Both the position numbers and the translations under genes were made by a program. The notes under the pieces were generated by a model. That model made no database searches. It was not told the DNA's origin and was given only the letters and a program-made list of their open reading frames with translations. From positions 1 to 11,695 of the forward strand of contig JBDTZG010000109.1 in NCBI GenBank assembly GCA_040005235.1: DNA of 11,695 nucleotides, read 5' to 3'. The stretch's first letter is position 1; the number at the start of each line of letters is the position of its first letter. Of this stretch, positions 1-7,424 are shown piece after piece. Source of the stretch: Acidobacteriota bacterium (lineage in GTDB: Bacteria; Acidobacteriota; Thermoanaerobaculia; Multivoradales; UBA5704).

Positions 1-2
1 AT

Positions 3-419
3 GTGCAGAAGGCGTTCGAGGCCGGCGCCTGCGGCTATCTCACCAAGACCGCCACGGCCGAAGAGATGGAGCGCGCCATCTACGAGGTGCTCGCCGGCCG
101 CTTTTACGTCAGCCCGGAGGTGGCCCGAGCCGCCGTCCTCTCCGCGGCCTACAGCCGGAAGAGCCAGCCGACTGCGGCCGGCGAGACGCTCACCGCCCGC
201 GAGCACGACGTCCTGCGCCTGCTGGCCGAAGGGTTGAGCAACGACCAGATCGCCCAGCGGCTCAGCGTAGCGGTGACGACGGTGCGCACCCACCTCGGCA
301 AGCTCTACGGGAAACTTCGCCTCACGAGGCGGGTGGAGCTGGCGCTCTACGCCGCGCAAATCGGCGGCACGACGCAGGACCCGGACCCGGGTTACGACCG
401 CGACGAGATCGCGAGCTGA
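3..419 (+). CDS. NarL/FixJ-family two-component response regulator (C-terminal part of receiver plus LuxR HTH), 5'-partial
   Basis: Receiver tail 'AFEAGACGYLTK' followed by LuxR HTH 'LTAREHDVLRLLAEGLSNDQIAQRLSVAVTTVRTHLGKLYGKL'. TGA at 417-419; the true start lies outside the window. Confidence 0.93.
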   Translation: MQKAFEAGACGYLTKTATAEEMERAIYEVLAGRFYVSPEVARAAVLSAAYSRKSQPTAAGETLTAREHDVLRLLAEGLSNDQIAQRLSVAVTTVRTHLGKLYGKLRLTRRVELALYAAQIGGTTQDPDPGYDRDEIAS

Positions 420-426
420 CGCGCCC

Positions 427-2847
427 TCAGCGGGCCTCCAGCGCCCGGACGGGATCCACGCGCGCCGCGCGCATTGACGGCAGCCAACAGGCCACCGCCG
501 CGACCACCGAAAGCAGCGTGCCGATCGAGAGGTAGACCAGCGGGTCGCTCGCGCCGACGTCGAACAGCAACGTGGTCATCAGGCGCGTCACCGCGAGCGA
601 GGCCGCGAGGCCGATCGCGAGACCGACGCCGGCCAGCGTCATGCCGTGGCGCAGCACCATCTTCTGGACCGCCCCCGCCGACGCGCCGAGCGCCATCCGG
701 ACTCCTATCTCGGCATTGCGCTGTGCGACCGAGTAAGCCATCACGCTATAGACGCCGAGGCTGGCGAGCAGGAGCGCCAGACCGGCGAAGGCGATCAGCA
801 AATTCAAGGTCAGTTTCCGGCCGGCCATGGACTGGTCGACGATGTCCTGCATCGTTCCCGGGTTGGTGAGCGCGACCGAGGGATCGACCTCGGCGACCGC
901 GGACCGGACGCTGCGGACGAGAGCGTTTGGGTCGCCATCGGTGCGGATGAGGATACCGGTGAACTGCTCCGGGCGCTGCAGGACAGGGTAAAACATCTCG
1001 GGCCCCGGCGCCGCGGTCAGGCTCGCGGTGTGCGAGTTGGCGACCACGCCGACGATCACCGCTTCGAGGCCCATCATGCCGGTGACCAGCGTATGGCCGA
1101 GCGGGCTCTCCTTGCCGAACAGCTGCTTTGCCAGGGCCTCGTTGACGATGATCACCTGCTGACCGGCCGGGCCGTCGTGCTCGTCGAAGTCCCGGCCGGC
1201 CACGATCGGGATGCCGAGCAGGCCGAAGCGTCCCGGGCTGATCAGGTTGCGGATCGCCAGCGGCCGCTCGGATGCCGGCGGCAGCGCCCCGCCGATCACC
1301 GCGTAGGGTGACTGGCCGTTGTTGCCCGACAGTGGCGGATTGTCGGAGAACGCGACCAGTTTCGCACCCGGGATCTCCTGGAGGCGGTGGTAGAGGCGCG
1401 AGTAGAAGTTGACCGTGGATTCGCCGCGCCACGGGTAGCGCTCGGCGGGAATGGTGATGAAGCCGACGAAGGTGTGGTCGGAGCGGAAGCCGGGATCGAC
1501 GTCGCGGATCTTGAGGAAGCTTGAGACCAGGAGCCCGGTAGCCACCAGGAGCACGAACGACGCCGCGATCTCGGCGATCAGCAGCGCGGCGTGGAAGCGG
1601 TTCCGGCTGCGATCGGAGATCGAACCGTGGCTCGAATCGCGTACCGTCGCTGCGGGTGACCGGATCGGCGTGCCGAGCGCCGTCAGGAGCCCGAGCGTGA
1701 GCCCGGTCGCGAGCGCCACGCCCAGGGTGAAGGCGAGCACGGTCGGGTCGAGGCCGATCTCGTCGGCACGGGGGATCAGGTCGGCGCCGACGCGCGTCAC
1801 GACGCGCAGGATCGCCCAGGCAAAGCCGAGACCGAGCGCCGCTCCGGCGAGCGCCAAGAGCATGCTCTCGGCGAGCAGCTGCGTGACGATGTGCGACCTT
1901 TGCGCTCCGAGCGACACGCGGATCCCGATCTCCTTCCTCCGCCTCGCGAAGCGCGCGAGCACGAGGTTCGCCACGTTGGCGCAAGCGATCAGCAGCACGG
2001 CGGCGACGGCGCCGAACAGCGTGGCGTAGGTGCCGCGCTGGTTGCCCACCAGATTGTCGAGCAGAAACCCGGCGGTCACCGCCGCCTTGGCGTCGGCGTT
2101 GACCGCGTGAGTCTGCGCGTAGCTCTTCTGGATGACCTCCATCTCGGCGCGCACCTGGGCGAGCTCGACGCCGGGCTGGAGGCGCCCGAAGACGTTGAAG
2201 AAGAAACCGCCGTCGGCGATCTGCTTGGGATTCAAGAACGGCGCCTCGAACGGCCGTGCGGTGAAGAGCTGGGTCTGGCGGAAGGGGAAGCCCGACATGC
2301 TGGCGGGCATGACGCCGACGATCGTGTGCGGCTTACCGTCGAGGGTGAGCGTCTTGCCGATCGCATCGCGCTGACCGCCGAAGTGCGAGCGCCAGAAGCC
2401 ATTCGAGAGGATCACCACGGGCGGCCCGCCGGCTTTTTCCTCCTCGGCCACGAACGTCCGGCCCAGGATCGGCTCGACACCCAACAGCGAGAAGTAGTTT
2501 CCCGACACCATGAGCGCTTGGAACTGCTCGGGGTCGCCCAGGCCGGTGATCGTGTAGGCGTTGAAGATCGACACCGAGACGTCGCTGAACACCCGCTGCC
2601 GCTCGCACAGGACCTCGTATCGCGGCCAAGAGAATCCCGCCTGATCGAGCCCCTGCTCAGGGGCCGAGGAGGTGATCGCGACGAGCCGCTCGGGATGCTC
2701 GTACGGCAGCGGTTGCAGGAAGATGGCCTCGACCAGGCTGAAGATGGCGGCATTGGCGCCGATGCCGAGGGCGAGTGCCACGACCGCGACGGCGGTGAAC
2801 CCGGGGGACTTCACGAGCGAGCGGACGGCATAGCGGAGCGTCTTCAT
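427..2847 (-). CDS. ABC transporter permease, ADOP (acidobacterial duplicated orphan permease)/MacB-FtsX type, 806 aa
   Basis: Typical N-terminus '[37 protein letters not shown]', two MacB-periplasmic plus FtsX halves ('[11 protein letters not shown]...[13 protein letters not shown]', '[10 protein letters not shown]') and C-terminal '[11 protein letters not shown]'. AGGAGG RBS at 2857-2852 precedes ATG 2847 (GTG 2850 is an alternative). Confidence 0.93.
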   Translation of the reverse strand: MKTLRYAVRSLVKSPGFTAVAVVALALGIGANAAIFSLVEAIFLQPLPYEHPERLVAITSSAPEQGLDQAGFSWPRYEVLCERQRVFSDVSVSIFNAYTITGLGDPEQFQALMVSGNYFSLLGVEPILGRTFVAEEEKAGGPPVVILSNGFWRSHFGGQRDAIGKTLTLDGKPHTIVGVMPASMSGFPFRQTQLFTARPFEAPFLNPKQIADGGFFFNVFGRLQPGVELAQVRAEMEVIQKSYAQTHAVNADAKAAVTAGFLLDNLVGNQRGTYATLFGAVAAVLLIACANVANLVLARFARRRKEIGIRVSLGAQRSHIVTQLLAESMLLALAGAALGLGFAWAILRVVTRVGADLIPRADEIGLDPTVLAFTLGVALATGLTLGLLTALGTPIRSPAATVRDSSHGSISDRSRNRFHAALLIAEIAASFVLLVATGLLVSSFLKIRDVDPGFRSDHTFVGFITIPAERYPWRGESTVNFYSRLYHRLQEIPGAKLVAFSDNPPLSGNNGQSPYAVIGGALPPASERPLAIRNLISPGRFGLLGIPIVAGRDFDEHDGPAGQQVIIVNEALAKQLFGKESPLGHTLVTGMMGLEAVIVGVVANSHTASLTAAPGPEMFYPVLQRPEQFTGILIRTDGDPNALVRSVRSAVAEVDPSVALTNPGTMQDIVDQSMAGRKLTLNLLIAFAGLALLLASLGVYSVMAYSVAQRNAEIGVRMALGASAGAVQKMVLRHGMTLAGVGLAIGLAASLAVTRLMTTLLFDVGASDPLVYLSIGTLLSVVAAVACWLPSMRAARVDPVRALEAR

Positions 2848-2851
2848 CACC

Positions 2852-2883
2852 CCTCCTGTCGGCAGGCGGACATACCTATGATA
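2852..2883 (-). promoter_or_regulatory. Candidate -10 box (TATCAT) and RBS of the permease gene
   Basis: Minus-strand TATCAT at 2883-2878 and AGGAGG at 2857-2852; no convincing -35 at 17 bp. Confidence 0.4.
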
Positions 2884-3360
2884 CGAGCTTCGCACCGATT
2901 GGTTTTGCCCATCCCACCCGACAGGCCACTCGGCCCGCAGTCGATTCCGCCGATTCTCGCTGAGGCATACTCGCCCACCGGCGAGAGAGGCTTGCGCATC
3001 GCGCGGGTGCTGTGCGGCCTGTCCTTGATCCCCTTCGGCCTGGCGCATGTCGTCTATCTGAAAGAGACCGTCGTGCTGGTACCCGGCTACCTGCCATCCC
3101 CCGTGGCCTGGGCGTACCTCACCGGCGGAGCCTTCCTCGCCGCGGCCGCAGCGATGCTCAGCGGTGTCTACGCACGGCTGGCGGCCGCTCTCCTGACGTT
3201 GCAGCTGAGCGCCTTCACGCTGCTCGTGTGGGTGCCCCGTGTCGTAGCAGGCAACCTGAGCGCCTTCCAATGGGGCGAATTCGTCGTCAGCGTGGCCCTG
3301 ACCGCGGCCACCTGGGTGGTGGCGGATTCTTACCGCGTCCGGCTCGGACTCGCCGACTAA
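2878..3360 (+). pseudogene. DoxX-like membrane protein, probably only the C-terminal half (5'-truncated)
   Basis: From about 2977 it reads '[50 protein letters not shown]...[11 protein letters not shown]...LLVWVP...[10 protein letters not shown]', which matches the second repeat of duplicated DoxX proteins. The upstream 33 codons are Pro-rich and non-homologous, ATG 2878 has no RBS, and it overlaps the permease -10 box. Confidence 0.62.
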
Positions 3361-3658
3361 GAGGCCGACTCGATCTCGAGGTCGCCGGGCATCGAAGGCT
3401 GACGCTGCTCGAGCGCTGGCCCGCCCCGGCGGGATCGGCTCGCTCACGGATGAAAAAAGAACCTGGTCGCCGACCAGCGGGAGTGGCCAGGAGTCCATTG
3501 CGTCGAGGCCTCCTGACCGGGCTAGCGTCTTTGCCTGAATGCGGATCGCGGCCGTCGTCTGCCGAGATCTGGGCGCAAACGGCCGCCCCGGAAGCCCTCC
3601 TGACAGGAGGCACAGTCTAGGGCTGACTGCCTCTACTTGGGTGACGCCTGTTGCTGGT

Positions 3659-4168
3659 TCACAGGCCTAAATCGCACCCTTCGTAGCCTGGCTTGAGTGC
3701 ATCAAGCAGGCGATCCCATATCAACTCACTCCGCAGCGGCCCATGCATCGAACGCCCAACTCGCTCTTGCCGACCCTGGGAAGCGATCTCGAAGCCCCTC
3801 CGGTCATTCCTCCAACGATAAATCGGTGGCTCGGTCCATTCGATTAACTCGAAACCGGTCTCCGGTTCTAGCCATACACGAAGATCCGTGACGGGCCGCG
3901 CATAGAGCTCTGGGTTGTGCCCTAATCTGAGCAAATCGCCACACGGGACGGAGTTGATTATTTCTCTGCGTGGTTTGTAGGGAGCGTCGCCACGCCGCTT
4001 CGCAAAATCCGCCATATCGGAGAGATCTGATGTGGCAAGAGTGTAATGTAGCTGCATGATGTCCGCCACCCTTTTGCCTGAGTACCGAGGCGGAAGGATC
4101 ACTGCGATCTTGTCTGCAACGGCTGCATGGCGACCGCACCACTCCCACGTGACTAGCCACGCCTTCAT
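3659..4168 (-). CDS. Hypothetical protein, about 169 aa, lower GC than neighbours
   Basis: Globular-looking sequence starting 'MKAWLVTWEWCGRHAAVADKIAVILPPRYS'. Start uncertain (ATG 4168, 4192 or 4207). Two hand-counted 60-bp lines gave 50% and 58% GC. Confidence 0.68.
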   Translation of the reverse strand: MKAWLVTWEWCGRHAAVADKIAVILPPRYSGKRVADIMQLHYTLATSDLSDMADFAKRRGDAPYKPRREIINSVPCGDLLRLGHNPELYARPVTDLRVWLEPETGFELIEWTEPPIYRWRNDRRGFEIASQGRQERVGRSMHGPLRSELIWDRLLDALKPGYEGCDLGL

Positions 4169-4283
4169 TGCGTTCGGTCTAGTGCTTCTCATAGCGTTTC
4201 TCACCATTGCCTCTGCAGGGGGAAGACGGTCAACATCCACGCGGCCTTTTGAGGACTCGTTCCATGGGACCTCTCCCGAGGAA

Positions 4284-4817
4284 TCAGGTGAGCTCCGGGT
4301 AGCGTCCGACAAACCGGGTCCAGGAGTCATCCAGGCCGAAGCGCTCGATGAGGCTCGTTACTACGCTCCGGTCGACGGCAGCCTCGCTTAGCAGACGCGA
4401 AACGCGCTCGTAATCTTTCGAGCGGTGAACGTCGAGAGCGATCGCGATCAGGTACTCAGGGGTAAGAACCCAAGTTGGAACTGGCTTCGCGCCACCTTCA
4501 TAGGAAACGGCGACCGCCTGATCGAGAGCTTCCTTGGTGAGGCCCTTGGGGTCCTCGGCGGGGAGGAACTGCACCGGGATTCCTTCGATTACGAGGAACT
4601 CACCTTCGAACGAAAAGCCCTTCTGCGTAAGGTCCGCAAAGAGGGCTCGCAGGGGGTCGAGCGGGGGCGCGTCCGCGGGCACGACGATGAAGACATCGAG
4701 ATCGATCGTGTCGAAGGGCTCGACCCAGAAGATGGCGCCGACGGCACCACCGATCGCGTATTTCTCGATGACGCCACGCGCGACCAGATCGTTCAAGACT
4801 TCGAGGGTAGCTTCCAT
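4284..4817 (-). CDS. Putative nucleotidyltransferase (Pol-beta-superfamily; AbiEii/DUF6036-like), 177 aa
   Basis: Signature 'YAIGGAVGAIFW-EPFDTIDLDVF' (hGG...TxDhD) plus C-terminal 'RSKDYERV' (R-x-K-D motif). Confidence 0.8.
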   Translation of the reverse strand: MEATLEVLNDLVARGVIEKYAIGGAVGAIFWVEPFDTIDLDVFIVVPADAPPLDPLRALFADLTQKGFSFEGEFLVIEGIPVQFLPAEDPKGLTKEALDQAVAVSYEGGAKPVPTWVLTPEYLIAIALDVHRSKDYERVSRLLSEAAVDRSVVTSLIERFGLDDSWTRFVGRYPELT

Positions 4818-4981
4818 ACGATTCGGCCTGGAAGCCCCCGCGAGCGTAGGATTCCATCGGCTCGTTTCTGCATCGTGATCAGCATCTCGATCTTTTCGTG
4901 GAAAGGTCGGCGGGCCAGTTCCTTCCGTCGCCGTTCCTTCGCGCGGTAGATCTGTTCGAGCACTGAGGGGTCGATCGCCAT
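4793..4981 (-). CDS. Small basic helical protein (62 aa), putative partner/antitoxin of the nucleotidyltransferase
   Basis: 'MAIDPSVLEQIYRAKERRRKELARRPFHEKIEMLITMQKRADGILRSRG'. Overlaps the NTase start by 25 bp; an extended -10 box lies 7 nt upstream of its ATG. Confidence 0.72.
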   Translation of the reverse strand: MAIDPSVLEQIYRAKERRRKELARRPFHEKIEMLITMQKRADGILRSRGLPGRIVWKLPSKS

Positions 4982-4988
4982 TGGCTGA

Positions 4989-4997
4989 AATTTAGCA
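4989..4997 (-). promoter_or_regulatory. Extended -10 promoter (TGcTAAATT) for a probable leaderless transcript
   Basis: TG-n-TAAATT at 4997-4989, 7 nt before ATG 4981, with no SD sequence. Confidence 0.5.
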
Positions 4998-5029
4998 CAG
5001 CGGCCTAAAGGACGACGCGGCCTTCCTGC

Positions 5030-5074
5030 GTTTGCGTCAGCGACGACGCCTGCGGAAAGCTCTGAAGTCTTCAA
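5030..5074 (-). pseudogene. Probable N-terminal stub of a PIN/VapC toxin gene
   Basis: TTG 5074 overlaps the antitoxin 3' end in another frame and reads 'MKTSELSAGVVADAN'. hhhDAN resembles PIN strand 1 with the first catalytic Asp; similarity ends there. Confidence 0.5.
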
Positions 5075-5297
5075 GGATCTCCTCTTCCGAAACTCCCTTT
5101 TCCCCTAGGACTTCAGCCACGTGCCTGCCAACCACCGTCAGTAGATCCCGCCTGAAACCGGGCGGCAACCGATCCGGGTCCTCGAGCGGCACGAAAAGAC
5201 CCGAGATCTTGGCCTGCCGTGTGATGAGAACCGGCTCTCCCCCTTCGAAGAGGTGGGGCGACTCGGCAGCGGATTTCCGTAAGGTGGCAACTTTCAT
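5037..5297 (-). CDS. Phd/YefM-like (prevent-host-death) antitoxin, 86 aa
   Basis: 'MKVATLRKSAAESPHLFEGGEPVLITRQAKISGLFVPL' fits the Phd fold pattern (GEPVxITRxGK...hhVP); charged C-terminal helix; GGAGG RBS at 5307-5303. Confidence 0.75.
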   Translation of the reverse strand: MKVATLRKSAAESPHLFEGGEPVLITRQAKISGLFVPLEDPDRLPPGFRRDLLTVVGRHVAEVLGEKGVSEEEILEDFRAFRRRRR

Positions 5298-5313
5298 ATC
5301 GACCTCCAATGTG

Positions 5314-5342
5314 AGCCTAAAGTTTCGGGCGGATCTCGTCAA
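5314..5342 (-). promoter_or_regulatory. Sigma70-type promoter of the antitoxin gene
   Basis: TTGACG (5342-5337), 17-bp spacer, TAGGCT (5319-5314), immediately upstream of the RBS. Confidence 0.6.
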
Positions 5343-5395
5343 CTGATTGACCTTCGTTGGAAGCAGCGCGCTGCACGACGCCAGCGCTAGCGGAC

Positions 5396-6355
5396 CTACT
5401 TCGGGACCATGCCCATAGTCTCTAGCCACCTCTCGGCGAGCTTCGGCCATTCGGTGATGGGCGCTTCGGTCGGCCGTAGAGCAAACGCGTGCCCGCCTTT
5501 CGCAAACACGTGCAACTCTGCGGGAACGCCCGCCTTCTGGAGCGCCGAATAGTAGACGAGCGAGTTTTCGATCGGATCGATCGGATCGTCCTGCGCCTGA
5601 ACCAAGAACGTGGGCGGCGTTTTGGGGGTGACTTGAATGTCTGGATTGAGAACGAAGCCTTTCTCGGGCACCGCGAGATGTCCCGGATAGAGAGCCATCG
5701 CGAAATCCGGGCGGCAGCTCTCTTGATCGGCGGCGTCCACGACCGGGTAAAGGCGCTTGTCGAAGTGCGTGCTCATCGCCGCGACCATATGACCGCCCGC
5801 GGAAAAGCCCAGCACGCCGATCTTCCGCGGATCGACATGCCACTGCGCGGCCTTAAAGCGCACCAGCCCCACCGTCCTCTGCGCGTCTTGTAAAGCCGTC
5901 GGACAATCCCGATACGGCCCCACTTTCGCGCACGGCACGCGGTATTTCAGCAGCACGCAGGTGATCCCCTTGGAGGTCAGCCAATCACAGGCCTCCGTGC
6001 CTTCCAGGTCGATGGCTAGAACGTTGTAGCCGCCGCCAGGGAACACGACGACGGCAGCGCCCGTGTTTCGCCCCTTGGCTGGGAAGACGGTCATCGTAGG
6101 TTGCGAAACCTTATCGACATAGACCCAGGGCTTGCCGCCCACCAGATGCTTGGTCCCCTTGGCGTCCGCCACCGTTCCGGCGACCTCGGGTCCGTCGAGG
6201 ACCCGCGCATCCGGGACCGCCCCCGGCCAGATCGGCACTTGCGTATGGCCAGGCGAAGGCTGCCAAGCAGCCTGCTTCGCGTTCAACCGGAACTCCCCGG
6301 CCGCGATCACCAGAAGGGCCAGAAAGACGATTCGCACTCGGCGCCTCAATTCCAT
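5396..6355 (-). CDS. Exported alpha/beta-hydrolase (acetyl esterase/BD-FAE-like), 319 aa
   Basis: Signal peptide 'MELRRRVRIVFLALLVIAAG', oxyanion motif 'FPGGGY', nucleophile 'GFSAGG', acid 'QAQDDPID', His 'GGHAF'. GGAGGAG RBS at 6370-6364. Confidence 0.92.
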   Translation of the reverse strand: MELRRRVRIVFLALLVIAAGEFRLNAKQAAWQPSPGHTQVPIWPGAVPDARVLDGPEVAGTVADAKGTKHLVGGKPWVYVDKVSQPTMTVFPAKGRNTGAAVVVFPGGGYNVLAIDLEGTEACDWLTSKGITCVLLKYRVPCAKVGPYRDCPTALQDAQRTVGLVRFKAAQWHVDPRKIGVLGFSAGGHMVAAMSTHFDKRLYPVVDAADQESCRPDFAMALYPGHLAVPEKGFVLNPDIQVTPKTPPTFLVQAQDDPIDPIENSLVYYSALQKAGVPAELHVFAKGGHAFALRPTEAPITEWPKLAERWLETMGMVPK

Positions 6356-6387
6356 TCGTGTTTCTCCTCCAGCGGCCCTCAAAGCGA

Positions 6388-6608
6388 GGTAGAGACGTCC
6401 CCAGTACCCAACCACGATCCTATCCGGGTGCTGGCCGTCGGGGCGTCTCCGGTTTGGCAAGGTGGATCCTATCCGGGTACCTTCGCATGACGTCCCCGAA
6501 CGGATGTCCTTTTTTGTTCGTGGCGCCTGGGGTCGTTGGTGCGCTGGAGACGCCCCGACGGCCAGCACCCGGATAGGATCGTGGTTGGGTACTGGGGGCG
6601 TCTCTACC
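6388..6608. repeat. 63-bp inverted-repeat doublet of GTAG-family REP-like units (REPIN/MITE-like)
   Basis: 6388-6450 is the reverse complement of 6546-6608 with one mismatch, around a 95-bp spacer. Each arm reads GTAG-AGACGYCCC...GGGGCGTCTC. Confidence 0.85.
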
Positions 6609-6642
6609 GTTGCGCCTTCTCCCAAGCCGCCGCGCGCCAGCT

Positions 6643-7308
6643 CTACGGATGCGCGAGGTGAATATCCCCGCGGTGGCGCGGCAGAACCTCTAAATGTTCG
6701 AGGAACTGGCCGCTCGAACCCACGACGGTGATCCGGGCGCCTTCGACCATGAAGGGAATCGTGAACGGGTTGATTCCCGTCGAAGCGCAGATGAAGACCT
6801 GCATCTCGCCGGTGCCGTCGTCGAGGAAGACCTGATAGCCGTACGGCAGGTCGTTGATGATCGGCTGGTCGATCGTGCCGGTGACCTCGACCAGCAGTCC
6901 CTCGGTGGCCTCGCCGATCTCCCCCGTCGCAGCCGGCAGCGGCACGACGCGCGAGGCTCCATTGAGCTTCACGACGTCGGCCGACGACGCGGGCACCAAT
7001 TGCAGCAACCCGACGCCGTTGTCGCCGATCGTGCCGGTCGCCCGCACCCGGCGGTTGAAGTTGAGGTTGAGGTTGTCGATCGTGCTGACATAGATCCCGC
7101 CCGTCGCGTCCTCGATCGCGAAACCCTGATCGAAAGTCGACGAGGTGAAGACCCCGGAAGGGACCGTAACCGATCCCTCGACGGTCACCACGGTGCCCGC
7201 GGGCAGGCTCCGTGCCGCTGCGATGGAGATCACCGCCGCGTTGGCGCGGGCGGCGATGTTGACGGCGAGGGCAAGGGCCAGAATTACCCACAGCGTGCGA
7301 AGCTTCAT
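6643..7308 (-). CDS. Secreted protein with two tandem OB-fold-like repeats, 221 aa
   Basis: Signal peptide ending 'ANA-A'. Repeats 'SIAAARSLPAGTVVTVEGSVT...GFAIEDATGGIYV' and 'EGLLVEVTGTI...VFLDDGTGEMQVF...LEVLPR' resemble the YhcR-type OB domains of extracellular nucleases. AAAGGAGG RBS. Confidence 0.8.
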   Translation of the reverse strand: MKLRTLWVILALALAVNIAARANAAVISIAAARSLPAGTVVTVEGSVTVPSGVFTSSTFDQGFAIEDATGGIYVSTIDNLNLNFNRRVRATGTIGDNGVGLLQLVPASSADVVKLNGASRVVPLPAATGEIGEATEGLLVEVTGTIDQPIINDLPYGYQVFLDDGTGEMQVFICASTGINPFTIPFMVEGARITVVGSSGQFLEHLEVLPRHRGDIHLAHP

Positions 7309-7391
7309 GGCAAAACCTCCTTTAGAAAAGAGAGTGCATGAAAGCGAAGAATTCGCGCCGGCTATCGTGAGGGCTCCTTCGGATCGACAAA

Positions 7392-7417
7392 GGCCGGGCT
7401 CTCGCAAGAGCCCGGCC
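7392..7417 (-). terminator. GC-rich hairpin after the carboxypeptidase gene (intrinsic terminator or mRNA stabiliser)
   Basis: 11-bp perfect stem GGCCGGGCTCT/AGAGCCCGGCC with a 4-nt loop, 7 bp after the stop codon; only a short TTGT tract follows. Confidence 0.6.
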
Positions 7418-7424
7418 AAGCCGG

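Noticed and set aside
474-2753. Several long Arg/Ala/Pro-rich alternative ORFs here, and similarly within 7428-9263
   Set aside because: Typical stop-poor shadow frames of GC-rich genes, with no recognisable motifs.
427-2847. Absence of an adjacent ABC ATPase as a novelty
   Set aside because: Orphan location is the normal state for ADOP-family permeases.
2848-3498. 217-codon N-terminal extension of the permease (1023-aa ORF); an AGGAGG lies about 10 nt upstream of ATG 3498
   Set aside because: Mostly the antisense shadow of the DoxX-like frame. Family similarity begins at MKTLRY (2847), which has its own RBS and gives the typical ADOP length.
5037-5843. 268-aa ORF
   Set aside because: The upstream part overlaps the esterase out of frame; promoter and RBS define ATG 5297.
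5396-7291. 631-aa ORF as a single long hydrolase
   Set aside because: The first 312 codons overlap the OB-fold gene out of frame and cross the repeat; the signal peptide and RBS place the start at 6355.
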